From Chiloscyllium plagiosum (lineage: Eukaryota): DNA of 39,053 nt. Positions 12,706 to 24,352 of the stretch are shown one piece after another. Below the pieces are notes generated by a model. That model saw only the letters and a program-made list of their open reading frames with translations, made no database searches and was not told the DNA's origin. A program made the translations under genes and the position numbers. The number at the start of each line of letters is the position of its first letter. The stretch's first letter is position 1. The DNA lies in NCBI RefSeq assembly GCF_004010195.1, contig NC_057728.1:47031320-47070372 (forward strand). Direction: 5' to 3'.

Positions 12706-13117
12706 CTTCACAGTGGAAGACATGAGTAATATCCCAAAAATTAAAGGGTGTCACGGGGCTGAGTTGAGTATGGTTGCCATTACGAAAGAGATAGTGCTAG
12801 AAAAGTTAAAAAGTCTTCAAATTGATAAATCTCCTGGCCCCGATGGGATACACCCTAGAGTTCTGAGAGAGGTGGCTGAGGAAATAGCAGAGGCATTGGT
12901 TGAGATCTTTCAAGAGTCACTGGAGTCAGGAAAGGTCCCGGATGATTGCTTCAAGGCCGAGATTGATAGATTCTTGTTGTCTCGAGGAATTAAGGGCTAC
13001 GGGGAGAACGCTAGTAAGTGGAGCTGAAATGCGCATCAGCCATGATTGAATGGCGGAGTGGACCCGATGGGCCGAATGGCCTTACTTCCACTCCTATGTC
13101 TTATGGTCTTATGGTCT
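12706..13117 (+). mobile_element. CR1 LINE with RT core internally deleted
   Basis: FTVEDMSNIP..KSPGPDGIHPRVLREVAEEIAEAL..GKVPDD fused in frame at ~12948 to the C-terminal FKAEIDRFLLSRGIKGYGE; 3'UTR ends in (TCTTATGG)n. Confidence 0.9.
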
Positions 13118-13176
13118 AAAACCTTATTAGCAACAATTTAACAAAAATAAACCCAGACTGCTATCGGGAGAGTCAT

Positions 13177-13332
13177 AGACTGAATTTTCCTCACTTGTTC
13201 CAAGGTGCTAAAAATCCTGGTCCCCTACTGTACAGAAACCCAACTTCCAGGGTCCTTTCTCCCAAAGGGGATCTGCAGAGTCAGGAATCGCCCCAATGTG
13301 TCTCTTCTGACCTGGGGGTGAAAATTCAGGCT
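13177..13332. mobile_element. Possible short non-autonomous DNA transposon (Harbinger-like MITE)
   Basis: 13-bp terminal inverted repeat AGACTGAATTTTC / GAAAATTCAGGCT (12/13 match); TSD not clear. Confidence 0.4.
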
Positions 13333-14235
13333 TTATTGTTGTTAATTCTAAAGAAGACTGCAGAGGAAGAAGAAACACAAATTTCCAACCAATTTCTCTT
13401 CGTTTCTCTCATTACTGATGTTAAGTAACAGCATAAAACATCCCTGTGGCTCTCAAAATTTACTCTTTAGTTAGCGATTAAACTGAGTGGTCTAATATCT
13501 ATCATTTGCATGAATGGCTAGTTTTGTGATCAGGCGCATACCTCTACATGCTAATTTGTAGTAGCAGCTGTGAGCTCAACTCACACTGCGGAAACTGAAA
13601 ATGACTGTTTCCCTTTATGTTTGTAGATAATAGCTTCTAAAGCCAGAATCTTCAGAGTGATATTGACTTGTTAAGTATGATATATACATAATTGTGAACG
13701 TCCTTTGGTACATGGTGTAGCTTTTCATTAGGTTAATATATATGTCATTGATTTGAAACCAGATTCTCTGAGATTAGTGATCAAACAGAAAACGCATCAA
13801 TAGGCAAACTGGGATGGTAACAGCAAGACACATTTGAAGTATAGACATCATTTAGAAATTATTAGTGAATACTGTTTTTGTTGTTGGTTAGTTTATTGAA
13901 GAATTCCTTAATCTTTGTTCAAACGCATTTGAACAAGTTTTTGTTGTCCTTATTTCAACATTTTCATGCAATGATTTTTCATTATGTTAGTAAAGATGCC
14001 AAAAGCGTGACAAAAACAACATAGATTCATAATACAATGAAGGAATAGGTTGGGGCAAAAATTCAGTGGCACCCACTTTTGGGTGGGTGGATATAGTGGA
14101 CGAGTGGTGGTCCTCATACTAAATGCTAAGCTCCAAGATGTACGAATTTCAGACCTCATGCCTCACTTTTTAATGAAATGCAAAAGGCCGACAAACCAAA
14201 AACTAGACAGGTCTGCTCTTGGTACTGTGTTGTGA

Positions 14236-14281
14236 GCTTGCCTGAGCAGCTGTGCTTTTCCAGCACCACACTTTTTGACTC
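14236..14281 (+). mobile_element. Short PLE 3'-end fragment
   Basis: gcctgagcagctgtgcttttccagcaccac matches the post-hammerhead segment at 21917-21950. Confidence 0.6.
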
Positions 14282-15149
14282 ATATTGGGGAGGGTTAGGG
14301 AGCGACAACCCATCTTATTTAAACATGGGATCTTCCAGACTCCATATTAGGGTAAGAAGGATTCTAAAACTTGCCTTTTTGGGAGCAAGTGGTTCAAATT
14401 CCGGTTTAACTGAGTATAGCCTTGGGGAAAACGAATCTTGAATTGGGTGCTGAGGCCATGGACACATTACTTTACTTTTCTTCCTTCAGCACTATGTCAA
14501 GAACAAAGTGTATGATCCTTTTCATCATATTGGGAGCTTAGTAAACCAATAGCACCTCAGAAACTGATGTCATGCTGTCAAATTAAAAACCTAGTTTCTT
14601 GGACATTATGCTTCTCAGATTTTATTTCAGTACAACATCTATTAATTGTCAAATTTCTTGTCCAATCTTTGGTTTACAATGTAGTTTTCATGAATTATCA
14701 TCCCTAATGGAAATATGAATTTTATTACGGCTTCTCCAATGATATGAAAAACATAAATCCTGCATCCTATCTCAATTCAGGATGTATCCGCAAATGTGTT
14801 ACTAATCACTTGATTTATTGAAGCACATAGTTCTACTAATAGCCCCCTGAGATATTGCCATATTTTCCATTCAATTCATAATGAGCTCACTGCAGAATCC
14901 ACATTCTTTGTAAATGACCATCCATTTCATGCCAGAATATGTTTAAAGTTGTACAGCAAAACATTCACTTACCACTAATTCACTTAACGGCCAGGTTGCA
15001 AATGGATCAAGGATTACAGCTATAGAAATTTTGCCTTGAGGAAGTACATCTCAGAAAATGCAGTAAACAATTGCTAGCATGATGACAGAGATGAGAAACT
15101 TTTTAAAAATGTATTAAATCATGGATCAGCATGATTTAATAGTTACCCA

Positions 15150-15680
15150 TGAGGAGTTGGTGATTTGCTGCCTCCTTGGAACAATGCAATCCTTGTGATG
15201 TAGGATCCCCAGTATCACTATAGAGGGAGTGGTCCAGGACTTTGGCCAGGAATTGTGAAGCCATCGCAATATCGATCCAAGTCAGGATATTGTGTAATTT
15301 CAAACGGAACCTGTAGGTGGTGGTGTGGACAAATTGTTCTTTTAGATTTTATGGTCATGGGTTCAACTACTGCCATGATGTGAAGGTGCCGGTGTTGGAC
15401 TGGGGTGGACAAGGTCAGAAGTCATATGGTACCTGGTTATAGTCCAACAGGTTTATTTGAAATCACAAGCTTTCAGAGTGTTGCTCCTTCCTGACTAGCC
15501 CACCTGACAAAGGAGCAACACTGCAAAAGTTTGTGATTTCCAATAAACCTGTTGGACTACTGTCAGTGATGAAGCCTTGGCAAATTGCTGCAGAGTAAAT
15601 GGTGCACATTTCTGACAGATTGCATTGGTCATGGAAGAAGTACATGTTCATAGGGATGAGTGGGTGTCAATCAGATCGCC
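15150..15680 (-). mobile_element. CR1-group LINE 3' fragment (same family as 20235-23230), interrupted by a PLE fold-back insertion
   Basis: Colinear similarity to 20300-20640 (ccaggactttg, ccaagtcaggat, ggaacctgtaggtggtggtgt, ttgctgcag). Confidence 0.7.
15373..15559 (-). mobile_element. PLE-derived fold-back mini-element with hammerhead motif (second PLE family)
   Basis: Inverted arms ~15440-15490 / ~15509-15559 (tagtccaacaggtttatt..aataaacctgttggacta); decayed hammerhead CTGACAA-aggagcaacactgc-AAAA; flanking direct repeat ACTACTG at 15366-15372 and 15556-15562. Confidence 0.8.
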
Positions 15681-15708
15681 ATTTTATTTACATAGTGAGA
15701 CACAAGTG

Positions 15709-16160
15709 AAAAGTTGGGTTTGCTCTCCTTAGAGCAGAGAAGGTTAAAAAAAGACAATCCTTTAGAATAGTATTCAAATACTTGAAATGTTTCAATAGAG
15801 AAACTGAGGAGAAATCTATTCCCAGTGTGCAAAAGAATTAATCGCCAGACGACACAGATTTAAGTTGATTGGCCAAAGATGTAGAGATGATCCACAATGA
15901 AGTTGCATTAAAAGTAACTACAAGTTGTAACAATCTGATTACAATGCCTGAAAAGCAAGTGCAAGCAGATTAAATCACAACTTTCAAAAGGAAATTAATA
16001 AATAGTTCATAGCAAAAGGAAATCACATGGCTATGAGAAAGAAAGAAAAAAGGAGTTTGACTAATTGGATATAGTTAGACCAAATATCCAGCAAAGACTC
16101 GAGCAGCCAAGTGACCTCTCTGTGCTGTACAAATACCATTCTAGAGCTCTATGATTCTAT
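15709..16160 (+). mobile_element. Old CR1 LINE 3' fragment
   Basis: ttctccttagagcagagaaggttaa (FSLEQRRL-like), gacacagatttaag, tail ctctatgattctat. Confidence 0.7.
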
Positions 16161-16546
16161 AAAGCAACTGCACAGACTGACAAGAGTTTGTTCTCTAATT
16201 GTTGCAAACCAAACGTAGGTTATTTAACAAACTAGCAGCGGCTTGTTGTTGAAAGAGGTCTCCAGGGGGAGAACAACTTGTTTTTGAGCTCTCAAATTTG
16301 CTGAGTGTATGAAACAGATGTTAAATTGATACACACCTCTCTCAGGCACCACGACTTGAGAACACAGAGCAAGAGGCAAACAGATTATTTCTAAGAAACT
16401 GGGGAAAGAAATTACTCCCTGTCACACATGTTGGGCAGCCCATTTTCCAGCCATTATCTCTTGAGACTGATCTCCATTATGTGGCTATCAGTGACCTCTT
16501 AGTGAAAAGAGCATCTATCTAAAACAGGCATGAGATCTCTTAAGAT

Positions 16547-16637
16547 CTGAGGAAGATTGACCTGAAACATTACCTCTGATTTCTTTCCACCGATGCTGCC
16601 AGACCTGCTGAGCTTTGCCAGCAATTTCTATTTTTGT
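16547..16637 (+). mobile_element. PLE 3'-end fragment with decayed hammerhead motif
   Basis: CTGAGGA..(shortened stem II)..GAAACATTA followed by gatgctgccagacctgctgagcttt, paralleling the other PLE ends. Confidence 0.7.
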
Positions 16638-16705
16638 CCTTGAGATCCATTGAATAAGTGAACCAGGATCTTAGTGTCTACCTGGCCCCTTGGCCACAAA
16701 GTTGA

Positions 16706-16866
16706 CAAAAGATGTGCAGGCCAGGTGAAGTGACCATTCTAAATTGCCCATAGTGTTAGGTGCATTAGTCAGAGGGAGGTGGGTCTGGGTGGGTAACTCG
16801 TCAGAGGAACGGTGTGGTTTTTTTGGGCCGAGAGGCCTGTTTCCACACTGTAGGGAATATGATCTA
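16706..16866 (+). mobile_element. HE1 SINE, 5'-truncated
   Basis: aaagatgtgcagg..ctaaattgcccatagtg..gggccgagaggcctgtttccacactgtaggga. Confidence 0.85.
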
Positions 16867-18120
16867 CTCTTAAAAAAATGTGCCGCTCATGCTCCCATCA
16901 GTCTTCCAGGTACTACAGTGGCCTGACCTTTATATTTATAAATGGCGTCTACGGGCTGCAACAAAAAATAGAAACAGACTTTAACTTTACACTTCAATTG
17001 AGGCATCAACATCTCCCACTCTGACAAGGTATTGCAACTACCCTTCTTTCCTCTCACCCCAGCAGTGAGGAAGTACTTGGGCAATGTCTTGATATGAAAA
17101 CAAGTTGAATTTCTAGAGAACAGACCCTCTGAGTAACATTGAGACACTTGGTGGCTACATATGGTTTTCTAGTCTTATAGAAGTGATGGTCAAAGTCTAG
17201 TATCCAGCAATCATTGTGCCAACACCTCTGTCCATGCATTTTCAGTGCATTCCCTATGGTACGTTGCTGGGCCACAGTGCTCATATGGGCACAATGATCA
17301 GGAATATGTCTTTCCTTCAGTGATCTATTCAGATCATCGATCATTATTTATTGATATATTAATGATAAATCCTGTTGAATGTGGCTAAGATTTTTGATTT
17401 TTCTCCTTGCTCTCATTTCAAATGGAAACATTTTATTCTGTACATTGTTCAGTCACCAAAGTAACAGTTTACATATTCTTGTCAGCCTATGAAGATGCAT
17501 CCACGTTCACCCCATCATTAGCCAGTACAGGCCTTAAACGTACTCAAATCCTCAAAAGAATGTGCTGTGCAACACTTAATATCCAGAAAGAAAGCAACAA
17601 CAACTGTCATTCATAAAGGCCCTCTAGCAGAGTGGAACATCGCAAGATGCTTCACTCAACTATAATCAAATAAAAACTAAAATGTCTTGACCAATGTGAT
17701 ACAATTCTTTAGCTGATCCTCACCAACAATAGGCAGATTCTCCCAAACCAATTCACCTATAACTAGGAGTGTTCACTTGTGTGTATTCAATTCTTCCCAC
17801 CCAATGTTTCCAATGCCCTGCGGCAAGTCAACACAGTACCCCAATTCGAGATCCGGGAGTTCTATCCTTGGATTGACATAAAGGGGGAGGAGAGAGCTAT
17901 GAGAATATACCCATCCTATGGCTCAAAAGATTTTTTATACGTAATACAGCAACAATACCTACACCTGCCTGTGAGACAAACAGATTAAATCTTCCATGGC
18001 ACAGTTTTAGGCCAAGCTGACTTTCTGTCTGTCAATTGAAAGTTGACTAGACAACAGCAGTTTCCTGGTGGGAGTATTCAGTTCTGTTGATTTGTTTATC
18101 ATTTTATTCTGGGAATGTAA

Positions 18121-18425
18121 GGAGTGGCACAGTGGCTCAATGGTTAGTGCTGCTGCCTCACAGTGCCTGAGACCTGGGTTCAGTTCCAGCCTTGTGTGAC
18201 TGGCTGTGTGGAGTTTGCACATTCTCCCCATTGTCTGTGTGGGTTTTCCACCATGCACTCTGGTTTCCTTCCACAGTCCAAAGATGTGCAGGCTAGATGG
18301 ATTAGCCATGGTAAATGCAGGGTTATCGGGTAAGGGGCTGGGTTTGGGTAGGATGCTTTTCAGAGGGTCAGTGCAGACTCAATGGGCCAAATGGTCTCTT
18401 TCTGCACCGGACAAATTCTATTGTA
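18121..18425 (+). mobile_element. HE1 SINE, older full-length copy
   Basis: tRNA head gtggcacagtggctcaatggttagtgctgctgcctcacag, V-domain gtgtggagtttgcacattctcccc, CR1-like tail. Confidence 0.9.
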
Positions 18426-19059
18426 TAAATGGACCAATCCCAGCTCCCTTATGAATAGCCAGTGGGTTCGAAGATACACCTAAGTGAGATAAGACCACAA
18501 CCATGTTTGGTATTGACATTGTTAGTTCTGGGTTTCAGTAGTAGATCTTTAGTGATCATGCTTAGGGATAATCCCAAGTGGAAGCAATGAATGGAACAGT
18601 TGAATAGGAACTAGAACAAAAAACTGCAATCAGTGGAGGTAGAAGCTAAAGCAAGGGTGGACAGGGTTAGCAAGGGGAGGCTTTGGCAGGTTTTTGTGTC
18701 TTTTTCAGAACCAAGATGGTATGAGTAGATCTTACAAACAGAATATCATGACACTCTGTAAGTAGACTGACTATTAGTTATAGAACACTCTAATGTGTTA
18801 TATTCTGAAACACAAATCACATGGGGATCCTCACACACTAAAGAGAGGTGCTGTCTGAGAGTTGTAATTGAGAGTAAATTCAGAGTAATTGAGAGCACTC
18901 AAGATTCAATAGAGTGGAGGAAAATATGTTTTGAGTGATTTCAAAAGAAATGCAAATGCAAGACTAAATAACTATTTACCTTATTGTGACTTGTGTCTTT
19001 AATGGACTATTATGTTTACAAAAACAATTTCAGTACTGTAATCTTCAAATTAGAAGAAA

Positions 19060-19550
19060 GATATTTATGTATGTAAGACCTTTACATAACACAATACCTC
19101 AAGGCATGTCACAGAAGTTGGATAATGCTGCATTTAACAGCAGGTCACATAGTGTGCCAGATGGCAAGTGGTTTGGTGAAGGTGGCAGTTTTTAAAGGGT
19201 GTCTTGCAGCAGGATAGACAGGTAGATGAAGATTTAAAGGAGGAAATTTCAGAGCTAAAGCTGTTGAAGGCTTGGCTGCCAATGGGATAGCAATTAAGAT
19301 TGGGGATGATCAGGAGGCCAGAACCAGAAGAGCTCAGGTACCTTAGAGGATCATAGGGTTGGAAGAAATTACAATGAAGGGTGAGGAAGACGAGGTAAAG
19401 GAGGAGAATAAGTTTTAAGGAGTCTGGGAGCAAGGATGAGAATTTTAAGATCAATTCCATTGATTAACTCAGAGTCGATGTAGATCGATGATCACAGAGT
19501 CGATGGTGAGTAGATATTGGTGCAAGGAAGAGCACAGGCAACACTGCCAA
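19060..19550 (-). mobile_element. L2 LINE 3' fragment
   Basis: ORF 19134-19460(-) contains QPYDPLRYLSSSGSGLLIIP..IGSQAF..KTPFKNCHL, a typical L2 ORF2 C-terminus. Confidence 0.75.
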
Positions 19551-19997
19551 AACATGATTGCAGCAACAAGCATTTTCAAAATAGCATAAATAATTTTAAT
19601 TGACCACACTATAAGCAGTTTTCTAATTTTAATCTTTTTACACTGCTCTTCAGATTGGAGCAAGTCCAGTGTTCATTGCTCATCCACAATTGCCCTGGAA
19701 CATGTGACATTGGAGTCACCATGACTGATGGCTTCCTAAGTCAATTCAAGGACCAGATAAGAGTTAGACACATTGGCTGTTAAATGGTTATTCTGTAACT
19801 CTGTAGTGTCTTGACCTTTTCAGTTCTCTTTCCACATTCATGAGTAACTTCTCTTTCTGTTCAGTTGAATTTTATTTCCATTTTATGAATTAATCAGGTT
19901 CAAGAATTATACATTATCCTATGCGTGCAAATTGATGATGCTAACAAATGTGTTAGTTCTAAAAATGTTTGACCTGAAGTGTGATTTTAATGTGATT

Positions 19998-20140
19998 GCC
20001 AGAGGAGTCAAAAGTTGTAAGGGGTGGAGAGCAAAGTAGAGTTAAGGTTACTCATGGGTCAGCCATGATCATATCAATTTGTGGAACAGGTTTAAGGGGC
20101 CAAATGGCCTACTTGTATTCCAAATTGGTGTGTGTTTATG
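19998..20140 (+). mobile_element. CR1 3' tail fragment
   Basis: gtcagccatgatc..ggaacaggtttaaggggccaaatggcctact CR1 3'UTR motif. Confidence 0.55.
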
Positions 20141-20849
20141 GAAGTGTGAATTTGTTTAGATCACGGTACATACAAAATAGGAACACTTGCTAGATAGACA
20201 AATTTTCTACAGAAGTGGAAATACTTGATTTTACTTTCTGTTTGTGAGTATCTCTGGTTGAGCCATCATTCATTGGTCATCCCTAAATGCCCGAGAGAAG
20301 GTGATGGTGAGCTGCTTTCATGCACCACACCTGTCCTTGAGGTGTAGGCACATGGATAATGCTGTTAAGAAAGAGTTCCAGGATTTTGATCGAACAAGTA
20401 GTGAAGGAACAAAGTAATTCCAAGCCAAGATGGTGTGTAGCTTGAAGAGGAACTTGCAGATGGTTGTGCTACCATGTTTCTGTTGCCCTTGTACTTGTAG
20501 GAGGTAGAGGTCAGAGGTTCGAATGCACTGTCGGTGGAGCCTTTGTGAGTTGCTGCAGTGTAATTTGTAAATAGTGCATCGGTGGTGAAGAGAGTGAATG
20601 TTGAAAGTGATAGCTGGAATGTTAATCCAGCGTATTACTTTATACTGGATGGCATCAAACTTCTTTAGTGTCATTGTAGCCGTACCATTCCAGACAAGAG
20701 GGCAGCATTCCATCACACTCCTGACTTGTGCCTTCTCGATGGTGGATAAGCACTGGAGAGATGGGAGGTGACTAGCATATCATAGAATTTCCAGGCTCTA
20801 ACCTGCACCTACAGGCACTGTATTTATATGACTAGTCCAGTTCAGTTTT

Positions 20850-21993
20850 GATTAGAGTGGTGCTGGAAAAGCACAGCAGGCACAGGCCGCATCCGAGGAG
20901 CAGGAAAATCAACGTTTTGGACAAAAGCCCTTCATCAGGAATGGAGACAGGGAGCCTCCAGGGTGGAGAGATAAATGGGAGACACCTCTCCCCACCCTAC
21001 CTCCTGCAAAAATGCTATCCAGTATTCCTAATTCCTCTGCCTCCGCCGCATCAGTTTCACCACAGAACATACCAGATGGCCACCTTCTTTAAAGACCACA
21101 ATTTCCCTTCACACGTGGTTGAAGATGCCCTCCAAAGCATCTCATCTACATTCCACACCTCTGCCCTCAAACCCCACCCCTCCAACCATAACAAGGACAG
21201 AACCCCCCTGGTGCTCACCTTCCACCCTACCAACCTTCGAATAAACCGCATCAAGAACCAACATTTCCGCCACCTCCAAATGGACCCCACCACCAGGGAT
21301 ATATTTCCCTCCCCACCCCTTTCCACTTTCCACAAAGACCGTTCCCTCTGTGACTACCTGGTCAGGTCCATGCCCCCCAAAAAACCACCCTCCCGTCCTG
21401 ACACCGTCCCCTGCCACCACAGGAATTCCAAACCTGCGCCCACACCTCCTCCTTCATCTCTATCCAAGGCCCCAAAGGACCCTTCCACATCCATCAAAGT
21501 TTCACCTGCACATCCAGGTGAAATTTATTGTATCCGTTGCTCCCGATGCGGTCTCCTCTACATTGGGGAGACTGGACACCTTCTCGCAGAGCACTTTAGG
21601 GAACATCTCCAGAACACCCGCACCTATCAACCCCACTGCCTCGTGGCACAACATTCAATTCCCCCTCCCACTCTGCCGAGGACATACAGGTCCTGGGCCT
21701 CCTCCATCGCCACTCCCTCACCACCCGATGCCTAGAGGAAGAACACCTCATCTTCCACCTCGGAACACTTCAACCCCAGAGCATCAATGTGAACTTCACC
21801 AGTTTCCTCATTTCCCCTCCCCCCACCTTACCCCATCTCCATCCTGGAGGCTCTCTGCCTCCATTCCTGATGAAGAGCTTTTGCCTGAAACATGGACTTT
21901 TCTGCTCCTTGGATGCTGCCTGACCTGCTGTGCTTTTCCAACACCACTCTAATCTAGACTCTGGTTTCCAGCATCTGCAGTTCTCATTTTTGC
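20850..21993 (+). mobile_element. 5'-truncated PLE: RT thumb plus GIY-YIG endonuclease, with inverted 5' pseudo-LTR and TSD
   Basis: PLVLTFHP, IYCIRCSRCGLLYIGET..LAEHFREHL and EEEHLIFHLGTLQPQSIN motifs (frameshifted); 20850-~20965 is the reverse complement of ~21838-21954; direct repeat CCAGTTCAGTTTTGA at 20837-20851 and 21994-22008. Confidence 0.95.
21863..21897 (+). ncRNA. Minimal type-I hammerhead ribozyme motif (decayed) in PLE 3' pLTR
   Basis: CTGATGA (21867-21873) - gagc tttt gcct - GAAA (21887-21890); stem II and cleavage triplet mutated. Confidence 0.6.
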
Positions 21994-22879
21994 CCAGTTC
22001 AGTTTTGAGTCAATAATAACCACTCCACCACCCCCTGAATGTTGGTAATGGGGAATTCAGTCACGGGGATGCTACTGAACATCATGAGGAAATGATTAGA
22101 TTCTGAATTTTGGAAAAGGCCATTGCCTGTCACTTATGTCATGGAAATGCTACTTACACGTAGCCAGCCCAGTCTGGACACAGTCTAGGCCTTGTGGGAT
22201 ATGGGCACAGACTGTTTATATCTCAGGAGTCACATAAGTATTGAACAATGTCCAGTCATCAGCAAACATCCCTACCCCTGACCTTATGATGGAAAGAAGG
22301 TCAGTTGAAAATGCTTGGACCTGGAACACTACCCTGAAAAACTCCTGTAGAGATATCCTAGAATTGAGATGATTGACCTCCAATAAACAACAACCATCTT
22401 CTTTTGGGCTAGCCATGACTCCAACTCCCCCAATTCCATTTGACTCCAGTCTGCTAGAACTGTTTGATGCCACATTCAGTCAAATGTTACCTTGATGTCA
22501 AGTCTATAATGGCTCAGGAGCTGGGTAGCCCTGGTGGAACCCAAACCTGAGTATCAAGTTGCTGATCAAGTCCATTGCTAATGACCCTTCAATCATTTTG
22601 CTAATTAAGAATATGTAGATGAGGTGGAAATTGGATGGATTATATTTATCCTGATTTTTGTGAATAGGACATAACTGGCACATTTTCTACATTGTTGGGC
22701 AAATTCATTGGCCAGATGCACAGCTAGTTCTGGAGCATAAGTCCTCAGTACTATTGCTCAACTGTGGTCAGGTCCATAGCCTTGACACCACCCAATGCCT
22801 TCAATCATTTCTTGATGTCACATGGAGTGAATCAAATTAGCTGAAGACTGGCATCTGTGATGTTTGGAATCTCAGGAGG

Positions 22880-22941
22880 AGGAGAAAGTGAGGACTGCAG
22901 ATGCTGGAGATCAGAGCTGAAAATGTGTTGCTGGAAAAGCG
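22880..22941 (-). mobile_element. 62-bp PLE 3'-terminal insertion with TSD
   Basis: aggagaaagtgaggactgcagatgctggagatcagagctgaaaatgtgttgctggaaaagcg, nearly identical to 24126-24187; direct repeat CTCAGGAGG at 22871-22879 and 22944-22952. Confidence 0.9.
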
Positions 22942-23329
22942 ACCTCAGGAGGGGGTCAAGATGGATCATCCATTTGACACTTCTGGCTGGAGACACATGG
23001 AGAGGCTTCAGACTTGACTTCTGCATCGATGTGCTAGAGTCCCCAGTCATTGAACATTGGGGTATTTGTGAAGCTTCCGTCCAGTTGGTTGTTTAGTTGC
23101 TCACCATCATTCATTACTGGATGTGACAGGACTTAAATCTGATCCATTGAGTGTGGGATCACTTTGCCATGTGTATCACATGCTGCTTCTTCTATTTGGC
23201 ATGCAAGTAGTCTGGTGTTCTAGCATCAGCAGCTTACATCATTTTTGGAGGTATTTTGTCATTTCCAGTGCCAGGTCTGAGGCCTGAATCTGTTTTCATT
23301 CTTTCCTTTAGACTTTGTACCAATTTTTG

Positions 23330-23550
23330 TGCAACTGAATGGCACACTGGTCCATTTCACTAGACCTTTAAGAGTCAACTACCTTGCTGCTTGTCACATG
23401 TAGGCCAAATCAATTAAGGATGGCAGATTTCTTTCCCTAGAAGACATCAGTGCTAACTGTACAATAGAAACCAGTACATTGAGGTTGTTTCATGCCAGGT
23501 TTTTACAGATGAATTGGAATACAAATCATTTTTTCACACTTTGCCATCTC
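23330..23550 (-). mobile_element. tRNA-derived SINE fragment (family of 3691-4005)
   Basis: taagagtcaac..gtcacatgtaggcc..aaggatggcagatttc..tttgccat, consistent with the reverse strand of this SINE body. Confidence 0.55.
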
Positions 23551-23721
23551 AACTAGTTTCCCACCACTCTCACTGTCTCAGCAATTTGAAGGGCATTTTT
23601 CACGTTCACGTATTCCTGGTCCATAATAAAGCCTGCAGGAGCACAAACCAGAAAGTTGCAAGCAAGATATGTCTCCTGGATCAAATATCAATTGGCCCAA
23701 AATTTCCAACTTGTATCACTG

Positions 23722-23935
23722 TAGAGTCAACTCTGCAATAATACGGTAGTTCCATTCTCACATAATCCTGTGTCATAAGAAAATCGCATACTAGCAGTAC
23801 CATTTAAACTAATAGGGCCAGAATAATGTTATAAGCAATACACGCTGTAAAACTTTGTGCTTTAGAAACAGTGACCCAATTTGTCAATCTTGTTATAGTG
23901 AATTTGTGTTAATGAAATGCACAGAACAACCTGCA
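23722..23935. mobile_element. Second, more diverged copy of the 4592-4806 MITE (inverted)
   Basis: Aligns by eye to the reverse complement of 4590-4808 (ataagaaaatc, tagcagta, gttatag, aatttgtgtt). Confidence 0.7.
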
Positions 23936-24118
23936 TGTGCTATGTAGCACTTTTGCATATGAATGCAAACTCAGGCCTTAAAAGTGAAGTGAAACACTAA
24001 TTAACAAAGTGGCAGTAAAAAAACATAGTGAACACCAAGAAACCTTCATGTCCACATTTCGATCCTGCTTTCCCTTCACTTGGCATTGGCTTTTTAAACC
24101 ATGCTATCATGAGTTGAT

Positions 24119-24352
24119 CTCTTCGAGGAGAAAGTGAGGACTGCAGATGCTGGAGATCAGAACTGAAAATGTGTTGCTGGAAAAGCGCAGCAGGTCAGGC
24201 AGCATCCAAGGAGCAGGAGAATCAACGTTTCGGGCATGAGCCCTTCTTCATTCCTGCATTCCTGAAGAAGGGCTCATGCCCGAAACGTTGATTCTCCTGC
24301 TCCTTGGATGCTGCCTGACCTGCTGCGCTTTTCCAGCAACACATTTTCAGCT
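24119..24352 (-). mobile_element. PLE-derived fold-back mini-element A
   Basis: Perfect 88-bp inverted arms 24163-24250 / 24263-24350, 12-nt spacer, unpaired tail 24119-24162; direct repeat GCTATCATGAGTTGAT at 24103-24118 and 24350-24365. Confidence 0.95.
24258..24293 (+). ncRNA. Minimal type-I hammerhead ribozyme motif
   Basis: CTGAAGA (24262-24268) a GGGC-tcat-GCCC GAAA CGTT: intact core, 4-bp stem II, palindromic AACGTT stem-III region, GUU triplet. Confidence 0.75.

Larger units (their letters stand above)
20235..23230 (-). mobile_element. Long degenerate CR1-group (CR1/L2-type) LINE, interrupted by two PLE insertions
   Basis: Minus strand gives LDIKVTFD*MWHQ (~22465-22505), GVGMFADDWTLF (RT catalytic motif) and MMECCPLVW..LKKFDAIQYK..NIHSLHHR (C-terminus). 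Confidence 0.85.

Noticed and set aside
12569..13027. 152-aa ORF as a host gene
   Set aside because: Chance upstream ATG read into a deleted CR1 ORF2
17050..17345. Possible RTE-type LINE C-terminal remnant on minus strand
   Set aside because: Similarity too weak to support without a profile search
20848..21735. 295-aa ORF as an intact gene
   Set aside because: It starts in an inverted pLTR and drifts in and out of the true PLE frame; a pseudogenised fragment
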